A stretch of DNA of 64,000 bases from Desulfosudis oleivorans (GTDB lineage Bacteria > Desulfobacterota > Desulfobacteria > Desulfobacterales > SURF-7): the NCBI GenBank assembly GCA_020723305.1, contig DYJC01000004.1:136261-200260 (forward strand), written 5' to 3'. The position numbers were made by a program, and so were the translations under genes. Under the pieces are notes generated by a model. That model saw only the letters and a program-made list of their open reading frames with translations. It searched no databases and was not told the DNA's origin. Below, one piece after another: positions 1-10,075 of the stretch (its first letter is position 1; the number at the start of each line of letters is the position of its first letter).

Positions 1-173
1 GTATTCTTCATATAACAATCAAAAAAAATACGAAAAGTTCTTATTTTATAATCTGTTGTAACCAATCAAACATTTTTATCATCGTTCCGGCTGAAGCGGT
101 TTCTGTTGTTCAAACAGAATAATGCTTTCGGCCAATTCAAGTAATCCCATATTGATTCATAAGGAGGCTGGTA

Positions 174-641
174 ATGAAAAAGACTGTATTGTTTGTGTTT
201 ATTGGCATTGCCCTGATCTTTCTATCAGGTTCTGCCTATTCGGAAGAAAAGGCTACAAAGGATGAAGTGGTTGCCAAATGCAAGGAAGCTGCCAAGATGG
301 CGCAGGAAAAAGGACTGGAGGAAACCCTGAAGGTTTTGAATGATAAAAATGGCCCCTTTGTCTGGAAAGACACCTATGTGTTCTGCATCGATATTGAAAA
401 ACAGTGCAACACCGCCCATCCGGAAAGACCTCAGCTCATTGGTAAGAATCTTTTCAATCTGAAAGATAAAAACGGCAAGCTCTTTTTCGCCGAGTTCATC
501 AATGTGGCCAAAGAAAAAGGGGAAGGCTGGGTGAGCTACTACTGGCCCAAACCGAATTCCAGTGAACCGGTTCCGAAAATCACCTATGTTTTCCGGGTAC
601 CCAATACAAATGCAGCCATGGGGGCAGGCATCTATGAATAA
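174..641 (+). CDS. Secreted single-Cache (sCache_2-like) domain protein
   Basis: 155-aa ORF with AAGGAGG a few nt upstream of the ATG. N-terminal signal peptide (MKKTVLFVFIGIALIFLSGSAYS/EE). Cache_2-type motifs: HPERPQLIGKNLFNLKDKNGK and GEGWVSYYWPKP. Confidence 0.75.
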   Translation: MKKTVLFVFIGIALIFLSGSAYSEEKATKDEVVAKCKEAAKMAQEKGLEETLKVLNDKNGPFVWKDTYVFCIDIEKQCNTAHPERPQLIGKNLFNLKDKNGKLFFAEFINVAKEKGEGWVSYYWPKPNSSEPVPKITYVFRVPNTNAAMGAGIYE

Positions 642-2822
642 ATGATAAACAGGAAGGCGATGAACAAACTTGAAAAAGACTTTCATCGCCACTTCCCTCT
701 TTCCAAACAAAAATACAGTATGGAGATTTCAATGTCGATCGCGGTTGAAAAAAATCAACAAAAAATCAATATCCATTCCATTAAAGCCAGAATCATTATT
801 CTATCCGTAATTGGTATTTCAGGCATGTTCATGATTGGCGGGATCGGAAAGTATATGCAGAATTTCATCAAACAGGAAAATGAGATCAGCCGCCTGAGCC
901 AGGTTTCATCCAGTATTATTTCTACGATCTTAATGACCGAAGATCGCTTTATCCGGTCTGCAGATACTGCCCTCATACAGAAATCCCAAACCCTTCGGAA
1001 TCAATTTGAAAGAGTGATCGAAAACATCAAACTTTCAACAAAAGACATTGAAATCAAAAGTCTTACAGATAACATGCAGCAACTGGCGAGAAAAAGCACC
1101 GCTCTTTTTGAGTCCATTGTAGCCGATACCCTCGTCATGAACACGGCCAAGAGTGAACTCCGCAGTGCCTTTTCGATCTTCAACTCGCTGCTGAACGACA
1201 TTATCCATATCATTGATCAGGAAGAAACCGAGCTTTCTTTGAACGGCGAACCGCTTCCATCACAAAAAGAGGCTGTGCGGAGATATTTCAAACAGCTTCT
1301 GGGAATTCAAAATGAAATCATGCTGAACTTGAATGAAAATCTCTTTCTGAGCAACCAAGCTGACAAGTATTCTTCAAAAAGGCAGGAGCTTCAAAAAAAG
1401 ATCGATCTGGAGGTTCAGAACACAGAAACCGTTGTAAAAGCGGTTAATATTGACATTTATCAATCATCTTTGAAAAAGGCGCGTGAAAAAATCGGTGAAA
1501 TCGATGGAATCGAAAAGCGGATAAACGATTTCTGGCTGAAAAATCAGAACGCCATCCGGCAGATCGCCGAAGCAGGTGAACAATCCAAAACCATGGCCAA
1601 TAAGATTACAGAGCTGAGCAGCATCAGGGTTGAACGTGCTGAAAAGATCAGCAACCGGGTCGTTGCCTTCGGCATTATAAGCATCTTTGTCGTTATGGCT
1701 TTTTTGAGCATTTTTGTGTATCGCTCCCTTTCAAGCCCCATTACGAGAACCATTGAACTGGCCGATGCCATCGGCCGGGGAGATCTTTCCAACAGGCTCA
1801 ACCTGAACCGGAAAGATGAAATCGGCCGTCTGGCCCGGACACTGGACACCATGGCAGACAGTCTGGAGGCAAAGGGCAAACTAGCTGAATCCATATCTCA
1901 GGGAGATCTGACCCATGAAGTTCAATTGAATTCAGACGATGACAGCCTTGGAAAATCCTTGCAGACCATGAACCGCAATCTAAATCAGATTCTTTATCAG
2001 GTTAATGAGGCGGTGTTCCAGGTGGCTTCCGGCTCCACACAGGTGTCTGATGCCAGCCAAGCCCTTTCTCAGGGTGCGACGGAACAAGCCTCCTCCCTGG
2101 AGGAGATCACCAGTTCCTTGGCGGAAATCGGCTCCCAGATCACAGCCAATGCTGAAAATGCGCGACAAGCCGAGGGTTTGTCATCCAAGGCTCGTGAGGC
2201 AGCAAAAGAGGGTGTTCAGCAGATGTCGGAAGTCACCATTGCCATGAGTGCCATTACAGACTCCAGCAAAGAGATGAAAAAAATTATCGGTACAATCGAC
2301 AATATCGCCTTTCAGACCAATCTGCTGGCACTGAATGCCGCGGTAGAGGCTGCACGTGCAGGGAAACACGGCAAAGGATTTGCCGTAGTGGCCCAAGAGG
2401 TGCGGAACCTGTCCGGACGAAGCGCCAAAGCAGCAGAAGAGACCGCCCTGTTGATTGAATCAGCCGTGAAACGGATCAGTGAAGGAAATGGTATGGTTGA
2501 AACCACGGCAAGAACATTGTCCCAGATTCAATCCGATACTTCTATGGTAGCAGATCTGGTTGGGAAAATTGCATCTGCCAGCAATGAACAGGCCATGGGC
2601 CTATCCCAGATCAACCAGGGGTTGGCACAGATCGACAGTGTTACCCAGCAGAATACCGCCCATGCAGAGCAAACCTCCGCAGCCTCTCAGGAACTGGCTT
2701 CTCAGGCAGCCCATGTCAAGGAACTTCTCAACCATTTCCGTTTACAAAAACATTCGGAAGGTTCACCCCGGATTAAAGAAGATTCTTTTGCCGGTGATCT
2801 TCTGCAATTACCACCGGCTTGA
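642..2822 (+). CDS. Methyl-accepting chemotaxis protein (helical periplasmic region, HAMP, MCP signalling domain)
   Basis: 726-aa ORF whose ATG directly follows the TAA of the upstream gene. TM helices lie near aa 50-70 and aa 345-365. HAMP region ([19 protein letters not shown]). Canonical MCP hairpin tip ([36 protein letters not shown]). Confidence 0.9.
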   Translation: MINRKAMNKLEKDFHRHFPLSKQKYSMEISMSIAVEKNQQKINIHSIKARIIILSVIGISGMFMIGGIGKYMQNFIKQENEISRLSQVSSSIISTILMTEDRFIRSADTALIQKSQTLRNQFERVIENIKLSTKDIEIKSLTDNMQQLARKSTALFESIVADTLVMNTAKSELRSAFSIFNSLLNDIIHIIDQEETELSLNGEPLPSQKEAVRRYFKQLLGIQNEIMLNLNENLFLSNQADKYSSKRQELQKKIDLEVQNTETVVKAVNIDIYQSSLKKAREKIGEIDGIEKRINDFWLKNQNAIRQIAEAGEQSKTMANKITELSSIRVERAEKISNRVVAFGIISIFVVMAFLSIFVYRSLSSPITRTIELADAIGRGDLSNRLNLNRKDEIGRLARTLDTMADSLEAKGKLAESISQGDLTHEVQLNSDDDSLGKSLQTMNRNLNQILYQVNEAVFQVASGSTQVSDASQALSQGATEQASSLEEITSSLAEIGSQITANAENARQAEGLSSKAREAAKEGVQQMSEVTIAMSAITDSSKEMKKIIGTIDNIAFQTNLLALNAAVEAARAGKHGKGFAVVAQEVRNLSGRSAKAAEETALLIESAVKRISEGNGMVETTARTLSQIQSDTSMVADLVGKIASASNEQAMGLSQINQGLAQIDSVTQQNTAHAEQTSAASQELASQAAHVKELLNHFRLQKHSEGSPRIKEDSFAGDLLQLPPA

Positions 2823-3106
2823 ATATAAAGAAAACCGGACACAGAGCATGACATGCTCCTTTCCATGAATACTTTTCCGTATACAGCAAAGAAACTCATA
2901 TCAGAGCATTATTAACATTGCCCATGCAATGATTACTCTCATCCCCATTCCGGGCTTATATCAAGCGAATGCAGCGGACGCAAAAAGCTTGCCGCACAGT
3001 TTCAACCAAAAAAAACAAAGCAGCTTAAAAATAACCATATTTTTCTTGAAAAAAATCAAAAAGTGAACTAAATTTATCATAAAAATGGTTCACAAAGGAG
3101 ATTCGT

Positions 3107-3361
3107 ATGAAATCAATTACAATCCATGGGATCGAGAACGATCTCAATAAAAAAATATCGGAAAAATCCAAGGAGTATGGATTAAGTCAGAACCGCACTG
3201 TAAAACTTATACTTAAAAATACTTTGTTAGCCGATCAAAAGGCATCGAGGAGAGAAATGTTTTCTGATTTATTTGGAAAATGGGCCCCCTCTGAAAAAGC
3301 AGAATTTGAAAAACGCATTATTGATTTGGAAAAAGTAAATGAATCGGATTGGATAAAATGA
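3107..3361 (+). CDS. Ribbon-helix-helix antitoxin (VapB/FitA-like)
   Basis: 84-aa ORF with an AAGGAG RBS. N-terminal beta-strand/helix pattern (SITIHGIENDLNKKISEKSKEYGLSQNRTVKLILK). Its stop overlaps the PIN gene start in an ATGA at 3358-3361. Confidence 0.7.
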   Translation: MKSITIHGIENDLNKKISEKSKEYGLSQNRTVKLILKNTLLADQKASRREMFSDLFGKWAPSEKAEFEKRIIDLEKVNESDWIK

Positions 3362-3756
3362 CAAAAATTTTGCTCGACACAAATGCATACAGCGGATTCA
3401 TGTCAGGTGATCAACTTGTATTTGACTACATCGTTGAATCAGAAATTGTTTACATTTCAACCATTATGCTTGGGGAACTTTTTGCAGGATTTCAAGGTGG
3501 TAACAGATATGCAGCAAATAAAAATGAATTGAAAACCTTCTTAAACAAAGATGGGGTAACGATTATCGATGTAACAATTGAAACATCGGAAATATTTGGA
3601 GAAATAAAAACAGACTTGAACAAGAAAGGCAAGATGATTCCGCTTAATGATATATGGATCGCCGCACACGCAGTAGAAACCGGTGCAAAACTGCTCACGT
3701 ATGATACGCATTTTAAAAACATCGACGGATTGCGAATGTGGGCGGAATTAAAATAA
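3358..3756 (+). CDS. vapC: PIN-domain ribonuclease toxin VapC
   Basis: 132 aa counted from the ATG at 3358. PIN signature: ILLDTNAY near the N-terminus, with acidic residues later (IPLNDIWIAAHA). Coupled to the upstream antitoxin. Confidence 0.85.
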   Translation: MTKILLDTNAYSGFMSGDQLVFDYIVESEIVYISTIMLGELFAGFQGGNRYAANKNELKTFLNKDGVTIIDVTIETSEIFGEIKTDLNKKGKMIPLNDIWIAAHAVETGAKLLTYDTHFKNIDGLRMWAELK

Positions 3757-3835
3757 CCAAACCATTCCGCCCGACAATCGCTTTGATCAGATTAGACGAT
3801 AAACAACTTTTGCAAATATCCGGCATTCATCTATC

Positions 3836-5725
3836 TTACGGATACAGAAGTTCAGCCAACTTGCTTAGGCCCAGATCCATTAGAACATCTTTTTTCGGAA
3901 TGCCCTCCTTGTCAAGGCCTCTCAACTTGTAGAACTCCTTCAACATCAAATCCATGTCCGGCACACTGCCTTCCGATGGACCGGTCTCCATCGGGGTCAT
4001 CAGGCGTTTGGGCAGCCTGTCATCTTTTGCCCGCGCTCCGAAAAGGTTGGTCAGGCCCCGTTTCAGGTACCAGACCCTGCGGCCGGCATTCAATACATCT
4101 TCCAGGGTATAATCAAATCCAGTGACATGATTCACCATGTCCACGGCAGGTGTTGCGGTCAGAGGTCCGGCTCCCAGGTTGCAGAAAACCGCGCAATTGG
4201 AAAAAAACATCCCGTAATCCTGTGCGGCCACATTCATTTCTGCCCGGCCTTCGCTTCCCAAAGGAAGTTCACTGGACAGTTCCGGAATCTCCGGAATAAA
4301 TATGGCGCCGCCTTCTACCTCAAAGGTCAGACTTGCCTCATGGCAGGCCCCCCGGGGCGATACTCCGTATGCCAGACCAAAGCCATGGGCACTTCTCGGA
4401 TCATGCATGGGAGATTCCAGGCCCTTTACCGTGGTGAGAAAATCATGGGAATTCTTTCCGATATGATCCGCTGCTTTCCGGCTTCCCTGGCAGAGTATGG
4501 CACCCAGGCCTTCTTTTTTCCCGATCTTTTCCGTCATTTTGACAATGGCTTCTGAATTTCCCCAGGTAAGATCCAACCCGTCGGTATCCTTTGTTGTAAT
4601 CAATCCCTTTTCAAAACATTCGATGGCAAAAGCAATGGTTGAACCGCAGGAAATGGTATCCATGCCGAATTTGTTGCAGATCTCATTGGCTTTGGCAACC
4701 GACTCAATGCTTGAGTTCAGACACATGGTACCAAAAGTGGCAACGGTTTCATATTCCGGGCTAGGCCCCTTTTTCATTTTAAAAGGGCCCTCTTTGACTT
4801 CCGCTTCTTTTTTGCAGGCCACGCCGCATCCAAAGCAGGTTCTGCTTCCGGCAGAGATCTTCTGTTCAATAACTGCGGGTCCCAGCTCATCGATTTCATC
4901 CCATTCGGTCATTTGCCAGTTCTTTATGGGGATATCTCCGGAAAGAATCCCTACATCCATATGGGAAGGCGTACCGGATGACTGCATTGCGGAAATAAAA
5001 ATGCTGCCCTCATACACTTCCTTGAGTTCATCCCGAAGCTCTTTCAATCGATCCGGATAGGCGGGTGTGACCTTCCCGCTTCCGGTCACATAAATCGCCT
5101 TGAGCTTTTTGGAACCCCATACTGTGCCCATGCCGGTCCTGCCGGCAACATGACCTTTGTCATGAACCAGGGATGCAAAACGGACAAGGTTTTCACCTGC
5201 CGGCCCAATGGCCAACACCTGCCCTTTTTTGGATGACTCATCCTTGAGATCGGCCTTCATGGAATCGGTCACCGCGTAAACATCTTTTCCCCAGTATTGC
5301 CCGGCATCCCTCAGCTCAACCACATCATCCTTGATGAACAGATAGACCGGTTTTTCCGAGGCACCGGTGATGACAATCCCGTCGTATCCCGCAAATTTGA
5401 GGCCGGCTCCAAAGTAACCGCCGACATTGGCGTCACCCCAGAAACCGGTATATGGAGATTTTGCACATACGGTCCACCTTGCCACACCGTTCATCATCAT
5501 TCCGGTCAGCGGACCTGTCATGAGTACAAAAGGATTGTCCGGAGACAAAGCATCAAAATCCGGCTTTCCATAGATCAGATCCAAAAAAATCCGGGTGCCG
5601 AATCCAAGCCCGCCGATGTTTTCTCTGGCAAAGTCTGGATCCAACGGCTTTTTCAATATGTTCCGGGTTGTCAGGTCAACATACAAGATCGTTCCTGCAT
5701 ATCCGCCCATCTGTTTTTTCCCCAT
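3836..5725 (-). CDS. aor: Tungsten-type aldehyde:ferredoxin oxidoreductase
   Basis: 629 aa. AOR N-terminus (GGYAGTILYVDLTT), a 4Fe-4S Cys motif (RTCFGCGVACKK) and full-length family resemblance. Confidence 0.9.
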   Translation of the reverse strand: MGKKQMGGYAGTILYVDLTTRNILKKPLDPDFARENIGGLGFGTRIFLDLIYGKPDFDALSPDNPFVLMTGPLTGMMMNGVARWTVCAKSPYTGFWGDANVGGYFGAGLKFAGYDGIVITGASEKPVYLFIKDDVVELRDAGQYWGKDVYAVTDSMKADLKDESSKKGQVLAIGPAGENLVRFASLVHDKGHVAGRTGMGTVWGSKKLKAIYVTGSGKVTPAYPDRLKELRDELKEVYEGSIFISAMQSSGTPSHMDVGILSGDIPIKNWQMTEWDEIDELGPAVIEQKISAGSRTCFGCGVACKKEAEVKEGPFKMKKGPSPEYETVATFGTMCLNSSIESVAKANEICNKFGMDTISCGSTIAFAIECFEKGLITTKDTDGLDLTWGNSEAIVKMTEKIGKKEGLGAILCQGSRKAADHIGKNSHDFLTTVKGLESPMHDPRSAHGFGLAYGVSPRGACHEASLTFEVEGGAIFIPEIPELSSELPLGSEGRAEMNVAAQDYGMFFSNCAVFCNLGAGPLTATPAVDMVNHVTGFDYTLEDVLNAGRRVWYLKRGLTNLFGARAKDDRLPKRLMTPMETGPSEGSVPDMDLMLKEFYKLRGLDKEGIPKKDVLMDLGLSKLAELLYP

Positions 5726-5791
5726 ATTGCCACCTCATATCTGTTTAAAAAAAAAGAACCGGTGCGTTTCAGCGACCCGGAACATCTTGGT

Positions 5792-6205
5792 TTAATGAAT
5801 GTTGTATTCGCCATACCCATTTTCCATCAGATACTGAGGATACATGGCATAACTGGGCTTGATGGCCGGAAGAAGCTTCAGGATTTTGGGAACCGGTCCT
5901 TTTGCAATCATCTGTCTCCGGGTCAATGCCATGGTCAGATTGACCTTCCCGAACCAGAACTTATGGGCAATATCCGCATTCATCTTCATATCCACAATCA
6001 CTTTGGTATCCATATCTCCGGATCGGACATCTATTTTTTCCCCGGAACAGTCAATCACCAGCACAAGATCCGGATCCGTATAGTTGAAACGGATGATCAA
6101 TTTGGATTCCAGAAGCTTGTCCGCAATCACAGGCGTATTTGCAAGCAGTCGAAAAAATCCACCCAGTACCTCATTAAATTTTTCAGAACTTTCAAAAACC
6201 GGCAT
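5792..6205 (-). CDS. SCP2 sterol-carrier-like domain protein
   Basis: 137-aa ORF lying between the adh and aor genes on the same strand. SCP2-like pattern (DCSGEKIDVRSGD...KVNLTMALTRRQMIAKG). Confidence 0.7.
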   Translation of the reverse strand: MPVFESSEKFNEVLGGFFRLLANTPVIADKLLESKLIIRFNYTDPDLVLVIDCSGEKIDVRSGDMDTKVIVDMKMNADIAHKFWFGKVNLTMALTRRQMIAKGPVPKILKLLPAIKPSYAMYPQYLMENGYGEYNIH

Positions 6206-6228
6206 TTGATCTCTCCTTTTTTAATAGA

Positions 6229-7404
6229 TTAATATGCATTCTTCAAATGAACCAGAATATTCTCTGATAGTACCTCACGAACATTATAGACCGTGGTACC
6301 GTCTTCCTGCGCTGCCTGCGCAATTTTTTCCAGACTTTCTTTCTTCACGCCTGCCTCTCTCAGGTTCAAAGGCATGGCTCCAAGGGCATGCATTTTCTTA
6401 TGCAGTTCACGAACCGCCTGAATGGCCTTCCGGGCTGCATCATCTACGGACAGTCCGGTCACATCCTGCCCCATAAAATAGGCCAGTCTGGCAAACTTTT
6501 CCTTGCATTCCTCAAAATTGTATTCCATGCCGTGGGCCAGAAGGATACCGTTGGCAACACCATGAGGAACCCTCGCGATTCCGCCGGTAGCATGGGCCAT
6601 GCTGTGAACACAGCCAACCATGGAATGGGAAAAGGATGTGCCTGCAATATTGGAAGCAATCAGCATAGCACCCCTGGCTTCCAGATCATCCCCATCCTCG
6701 ATGGCTTTGACAAGATTCTTGAAAATCAGCTCGATGGCAGCAACCGCCAGTGCCTCGGAATGGGGGGAAGAATCCACGCCCACAAAGGATTCCACAGCAT
6801 GGGTCAGCGCATCCATTCCGGTTGAAGCGGTCAGCTTCGGCGGCAGGGATTGTGTCATGACCGGGTCCAGAACAGCCAGTTTCGGCAGGAGATACCCGTC
6901 TGAAAAAGCCAGCTTGACCTTGTTTTCCACATCATAAATAACCGCAACAAGAGTGCATTCACTCCCTGTCCCGGCAGTGGTGGGTATGACAACCAGCGGT
7001 TTCAGGGGTGCGGTGAGCGTTCCGGCACCGGAGTAATCCTCAATCAGATCACCGCCATGGGAAAAGGTGAAATTGGCTGCCTTGGCGGCATCGATAACAC
7101 TTCCTCCACCCACTGCGATTAATCCTTCCGCTCCGGACTCTATAGCCAGTTTGCTGATCTCCTTTACAGCGGTGATCGAAGCATCCTGAGGAACATCCAG
7201 GTAGGTTCCGGTAATCGTATATCCGCCCTGTTCTATTCCTTCTTTAATACTGTCAAGCAACCCAAGATCGTTGATGACATGATCAGACACCATAAAAAAA
7301 TTACTTACATTCAAGGCATCCAGCTCGTGTGAAAAATCGGATGCAAGACCTGCACCGTAAATCATTTTGGTGGGATGATGAAATTGATAAAATTCTGGCA
7401 GCAT
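6229..7404 (-). CDS. Iron-containing (group III) alcohol dehydrogenase
   Basis: 391 aa. GGGSVIDAAKA motif and His-rich metal site (DALTHAVE, HSMAHATG). Confidence 0.9.
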   Translation of the reverse strand: MLPEFYQFHHPTKMIYGAGLASDFSHELDALNVSNFFMVSDHVINDLGLLDSIKEGIEQGGYTITGTYLDVPQDASITAVKEISKLAIESGAEGLIAVGGGSVIDAAKAANFTFSHGGDLIEDYSGAGTLTAPLKPLVVIPTTAGTGSECTLVAVIYDVENKVKLAFSDGYLLPKLAVLDPVMTQSLPPKLTASTGMDALTHAVESFVGVDSSPHSEALAVAAIELIFKNLVKAIEDGDDLEARGAMLIASNIAGTSFSHSMVGCVHSMAHATGGIARVPHGVANGILLAHGMEYNFEECKEKFARLAYFMGQDVTGLSVDDAARKAIQAVRELHKKMHALGAMPLNLREAGVKKESLEKIAQAAQEDGTTVYNVREVLSENILVHLKNAY

Positions 7405-7513
7405 TTGTCCTCCTTGTTTTGCCGGAATGCAGGAAACCGGCAGACCTATCCTGCACAGGCATCAATTAATGACTTGACGAACGGTTGAATATTAGCCATA
7501 TCGATAGTACATC

Positions 7514-7573
7514 ATAAAACAGATAACAATATTTAAGAGTGTTTTATTAAAAAAAGTGTTTTACCGTAAAACA
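7514..7573. promoter_or_regulatory. Cluster of four TGTTTTA/TAAAACA half-sites (two inverted repeats) in an AT-rich divergent promoter region
   Basis: ATAAAACA (7514-7521) is inverted relative to TGTTTTAT (7540-7547). A perfect palindrome TGTTTTAC-c-GTAAAACA lies at 7557-7573. TAAAACAGATAA occurs twice, about 50 bp apart. Confidence 0.35.
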
Positions 7574-7601
7574 GATAAATTGTATAGAACAGGAATTGCT
7601 A

Positions 7602-9824
7602 ATGATTAAAGGCAAACAAGCAAATTCTGCCCTTTTGGCTGTTTTCCCAAATCTTGAAACATTACATAATTTCATCAAAAAAAGTGACAACCGGAAACTA
7701 TTTCATTCTTTTGTCAACTTTGCTTTTCAGGAAGGCATCATTCAGACATGCGATGAAAATGCCTTTACCCGGTTCATCCAGTCCCATGCAAAGGACAATT
7801 CCTCCTACTCGCCCCCCATGGATCTTACATTTGAAGAATTGCTCAAGAAAAAAAAAGAGCTCCTGCACATCGGCATCTCGGAACGGGCGCTCACCGATCG
7901 GGTCAATGCCCTGATCCTGAAAAAAAAAATAGCCCTGCCAAAGCTGACCAACACGATGCTGACCCGGTTGAAAAAAGAACCCGCAGATACGCCCCACAAG
8001 CGAAATGCCCTCCGAGCGGTTTCGTTCTGGCTCGGGTATGAGCGGCCGGATCTTGATCCATCCTGGAATTATGAAGCCCTGTTAAAACTTTGTCACGAAA
8101 CCAACCAGCCCCAGAGCTACAACGAAGGCGTAAGGATCGGGCTGACCCTGTCCAGCCGGGGGGATGTCATTGGTCATGATGCCGTGGTATGGCTGAAAAA
8201 TAATGTAAAAAATTATATCCAGGGGTCGATTCATCTTTTTCCTTACGGCAGTTGGGGAAAAGTAAAATCTCACGATATCACAACAATTTATATTGATTTC
8301 CCCAAGGAAGGCAGGGCCAACTACCCCACATCGTATAAACGGAGCATCCGCAATGCCATATCGGTTGCCCATCAGATGGCCATCCGCTGGGCATTGTCCG
8401 ATTATTGCACGAAAAACCGGTTTTTATCCATCGGCATTGCGACCGGTGACTTTGCCAATCTGGATAACTATCTTCTGCCTATCCTCAATGCCAAACTTCC
8501 CGGAGACCCGGTGATCCGGATGACGGATTACACCCACCAGTGCATCCTGATCAGTGATATCCGCACGGTTTTTTGCCCGAATCCAAAGGAAGCAACCCTC
8601 TTTAACGGTGAGGCCCTGAATATATGGTGGGTGTCAGGACTCTGGAGCTCCATTTACTGGGATTTCATACCCCATCTCCTGGAAGATGAAATCATGCAGA
8701 ACAAACCCTCTTCCGTGGATCTGTTAAACCAGTTTTTCATTTTTCCGGAGCAGCTTGAAGAAAAAATCGAGCCCAATGCCGTTACCCGATTTTTCTCCTT
8801 TCCCCATAATACGCTCCTGGGAATCGAGATCGCAAAAACACTTTACTACAGGCAAAGTTTCTGGGAGGCAAACGAGATCCTGCGTATTGTACTCAGTATT
8901 GACCCGACCAATCTCAACGCCAGGGCACTTCGAATGGTGATCTTTCGAAATCTCGCCATTGAAGCCCCTTCTCATGCCATTGCCGGGGTTCAATTCAAAC
9001 GTGCGGAAGAGGAGGCCCAGTTCATTCTTGAAAACTGCAACACCCTGGATGAGGATTTTTACTGCGAATATGCAGTGATCAATCTATCCAGGGCATTGAA
9101 TATACTCCGGCGAATGCGTAAAAATGATGATTCTGATGCGCATTTTCCGGATTTCCGGCAATTGCAATCCGAGGTCTCGGATCTGTTTACCCGGGCTGAA
9201 AAACTGTTTGAGCGGGGAATCATGGTTTCACCCACAGGATACCGGTCTATCTATCTTCTGGTGTGCACACAGATTGTAAGGGATATCCTGCAAACCCATG
9301 ATGAGTTCTTTACCGAACCCCATAACCCGATCAGCGCTCCCAAAAGGGAATACCGGCAGAAAGCACTGGATATTTTTGTGGCGTTAAACTGGGTGCGAAA
9401 GGATGCTTCCGGTCAAATCCAGTATGATTACCTGGAAAAGATCCTGACCCAGAGTTTCAGCAGACATGATGAATCCGTGACCCTGAAGGCGTATCGTCCT
9501 ACCCTGTTTTTCTGTTTTGCGGTTGTACTTTGGGATTTTTTCCCAATCCGGACTGTCAATATCGTGAAACACGCTCTTCAATTCCTTCAGGCAACCATTC
9601 CCATGGCCCGGGAGCTTGCAAAACAAAACCTGTGCATCTATTCCTATACCCGTTGCTATGGAGAAATCCTGAAACCCGCAACCTTTATTCAGCACATTGA
9701 AAAATCGATTCAGATGATCGAAGCCAGTGCCGGTTCACTGAAAGAGCTGGAAAAAATGGATCCCTCCCAGGCTATTGACGAGGAAGGGGATAACCATTTC
9801 ACGTTGCTCACCATTCATATATAA
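7602..9824 (+). CDS. Large orphan protein (possible N-terminal HTH, central cyclase-homology-like fold, C-terminal TPR-like helical region)
   Basis: One long uninterrupted ORF of 741 aa from the ATG at 7602 (a TTG at 7596 is also possible). There are no strong family signatures; the domain guesses come from weak pattern resemblance only (LSIGIATGDFANLD...PGDPVIRMTDYT). Confidence 0.6.
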   Translation: MIKGKQANSALLAVFPNLETLHNFIKKSDNRKLFHSFVNFAFQEGIIQTCDENAFTRFIQSHAKDNSSYSPPMDLTFEELLKKKKELLHIGISERALTDRVNALILKKKIALPKLTNTMLTRLKKEPADTPHKRNALRAVSFWLGYERPDLDPSWNYEALLKLCHETNQPQSYNEGVRIGLTLSSRGDVIGHDAVVWLKNNVKNYIQGSIHLFPYGSWGKVKSHDITTIYIDFPKEGRANYPTSYKRSIRNAISVAHQMAIRWALSDYCTKNRFLSIGIATGDFANLDNYLLPILNAKLPGDPVIRMTDYTHQCILISDIRTVFCPNPKEATLFNGEALNIWWVSGLWSSIYWDFIPHLLEDEIMQNKPSSVDLLNQFFIFPEQLEEKIEPNAVTRFFSFPHNTLLGIEIAKTLYYRQSFWEANEILRIVLSIDPTNLNARALRMVIFRNLAIEAPSHAIAGVQFKRAEEEAQFILENCNTLDEDFYCEYAVINLSRALNILRRMRKNDDSDAHFPDFRQLQSEVSDLFTRAEKLFERGIMVSPTGYRSIYLLVCTQIVRDILQTHDEFFTEPHNPISAPKREYRQKALDIFVALNWVRKDASGQIQYDYLEKILTQSFSRHDESVTLKAYRPTLFFCFAVVLWDFFPIRTVNIVKHALQFLQATIPMARELAKQNLCIYSYTRCYGEILKPATFIQHIEKSIQMIEASAGSLKELEKMDPSQAIDEEGDNHFTLLTIHI

Positions 9825-9838
9825 ATCCAAATTGTTGA

Positions 9839-10066
9839 CAGAAAGTACTGGGTCCCGGCTGCCCCAAATGCCGGCAAACAGAAAAAGTGGTTAAGGAAGC
9901 GGTTGCCGAATCCGGGGTGGACGCAGAGGTGGAAAAAGTTACCGACCTGATGAAAATTGCCGGTTACGGTGTGTTCGGTACCCCGGCGATAGTGATCGAC
10001 GATGAAGTAAAATCAGTGGGCAAGATCCCCACCAAAAAGGATGTTCTGTCCTGGCTGAAAAAGTAA
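9839..10066 (+). pseudogene. Thioredoxin-fold redox-active disulfide protein (MTH895-like, ars-associated) lacking a start codon
   Basis: The frame reads QKVLGPGCPKCRQTEKVVKEAV...GTPAIVIDDEVKSVGKIPTKKDVLSWLKK*. An in-frame TGA lies at 9836-9838, and no ATG, GTG or TTG precedes the CPKC motif. Confidence 0.55.
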
Positions 10067-10075
10067 GGAGATCAC

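Noticed and set aside
1-173. A possible degenerate MITE copy at the left edge (…TCTGTTGTT…CGGCCAATTCAAG…)
   Set aside because: Only short word matches to the family are present, in the wrong relative order. A small hairpin TTCTGTT-gttca-AACAGAA exists, but the evidence is too weak to call.
2844-2858. Palindrome GAGCATG-a-CATGCTC after the first MCP as a terminator
   Set aside because: A one-nucleotide spacer leaves too small a loop, and no T-run follows. It is not a convincing intrinsic terminator.
5297-6232. 311-aa plus-strand ORF in the track
   Set aside because: It lies antisense across two well-supported minus-strand genes (aor and the SCP2 gene) and their intergenic spacer. It has a low-complexity, His/Arg-rich composition and no RBS. 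It is a shadow ORF.
7405-7470. A sigma54 promoter upstream of the adh operon (minus strand, TGCCGGTTTCCTGCAT)
   Set aside because: The GG/GC spacing is off by one and the -24 element is TGCCGG rather than TGGCAC. The match is not convincing, unlike the exact match at 16099.
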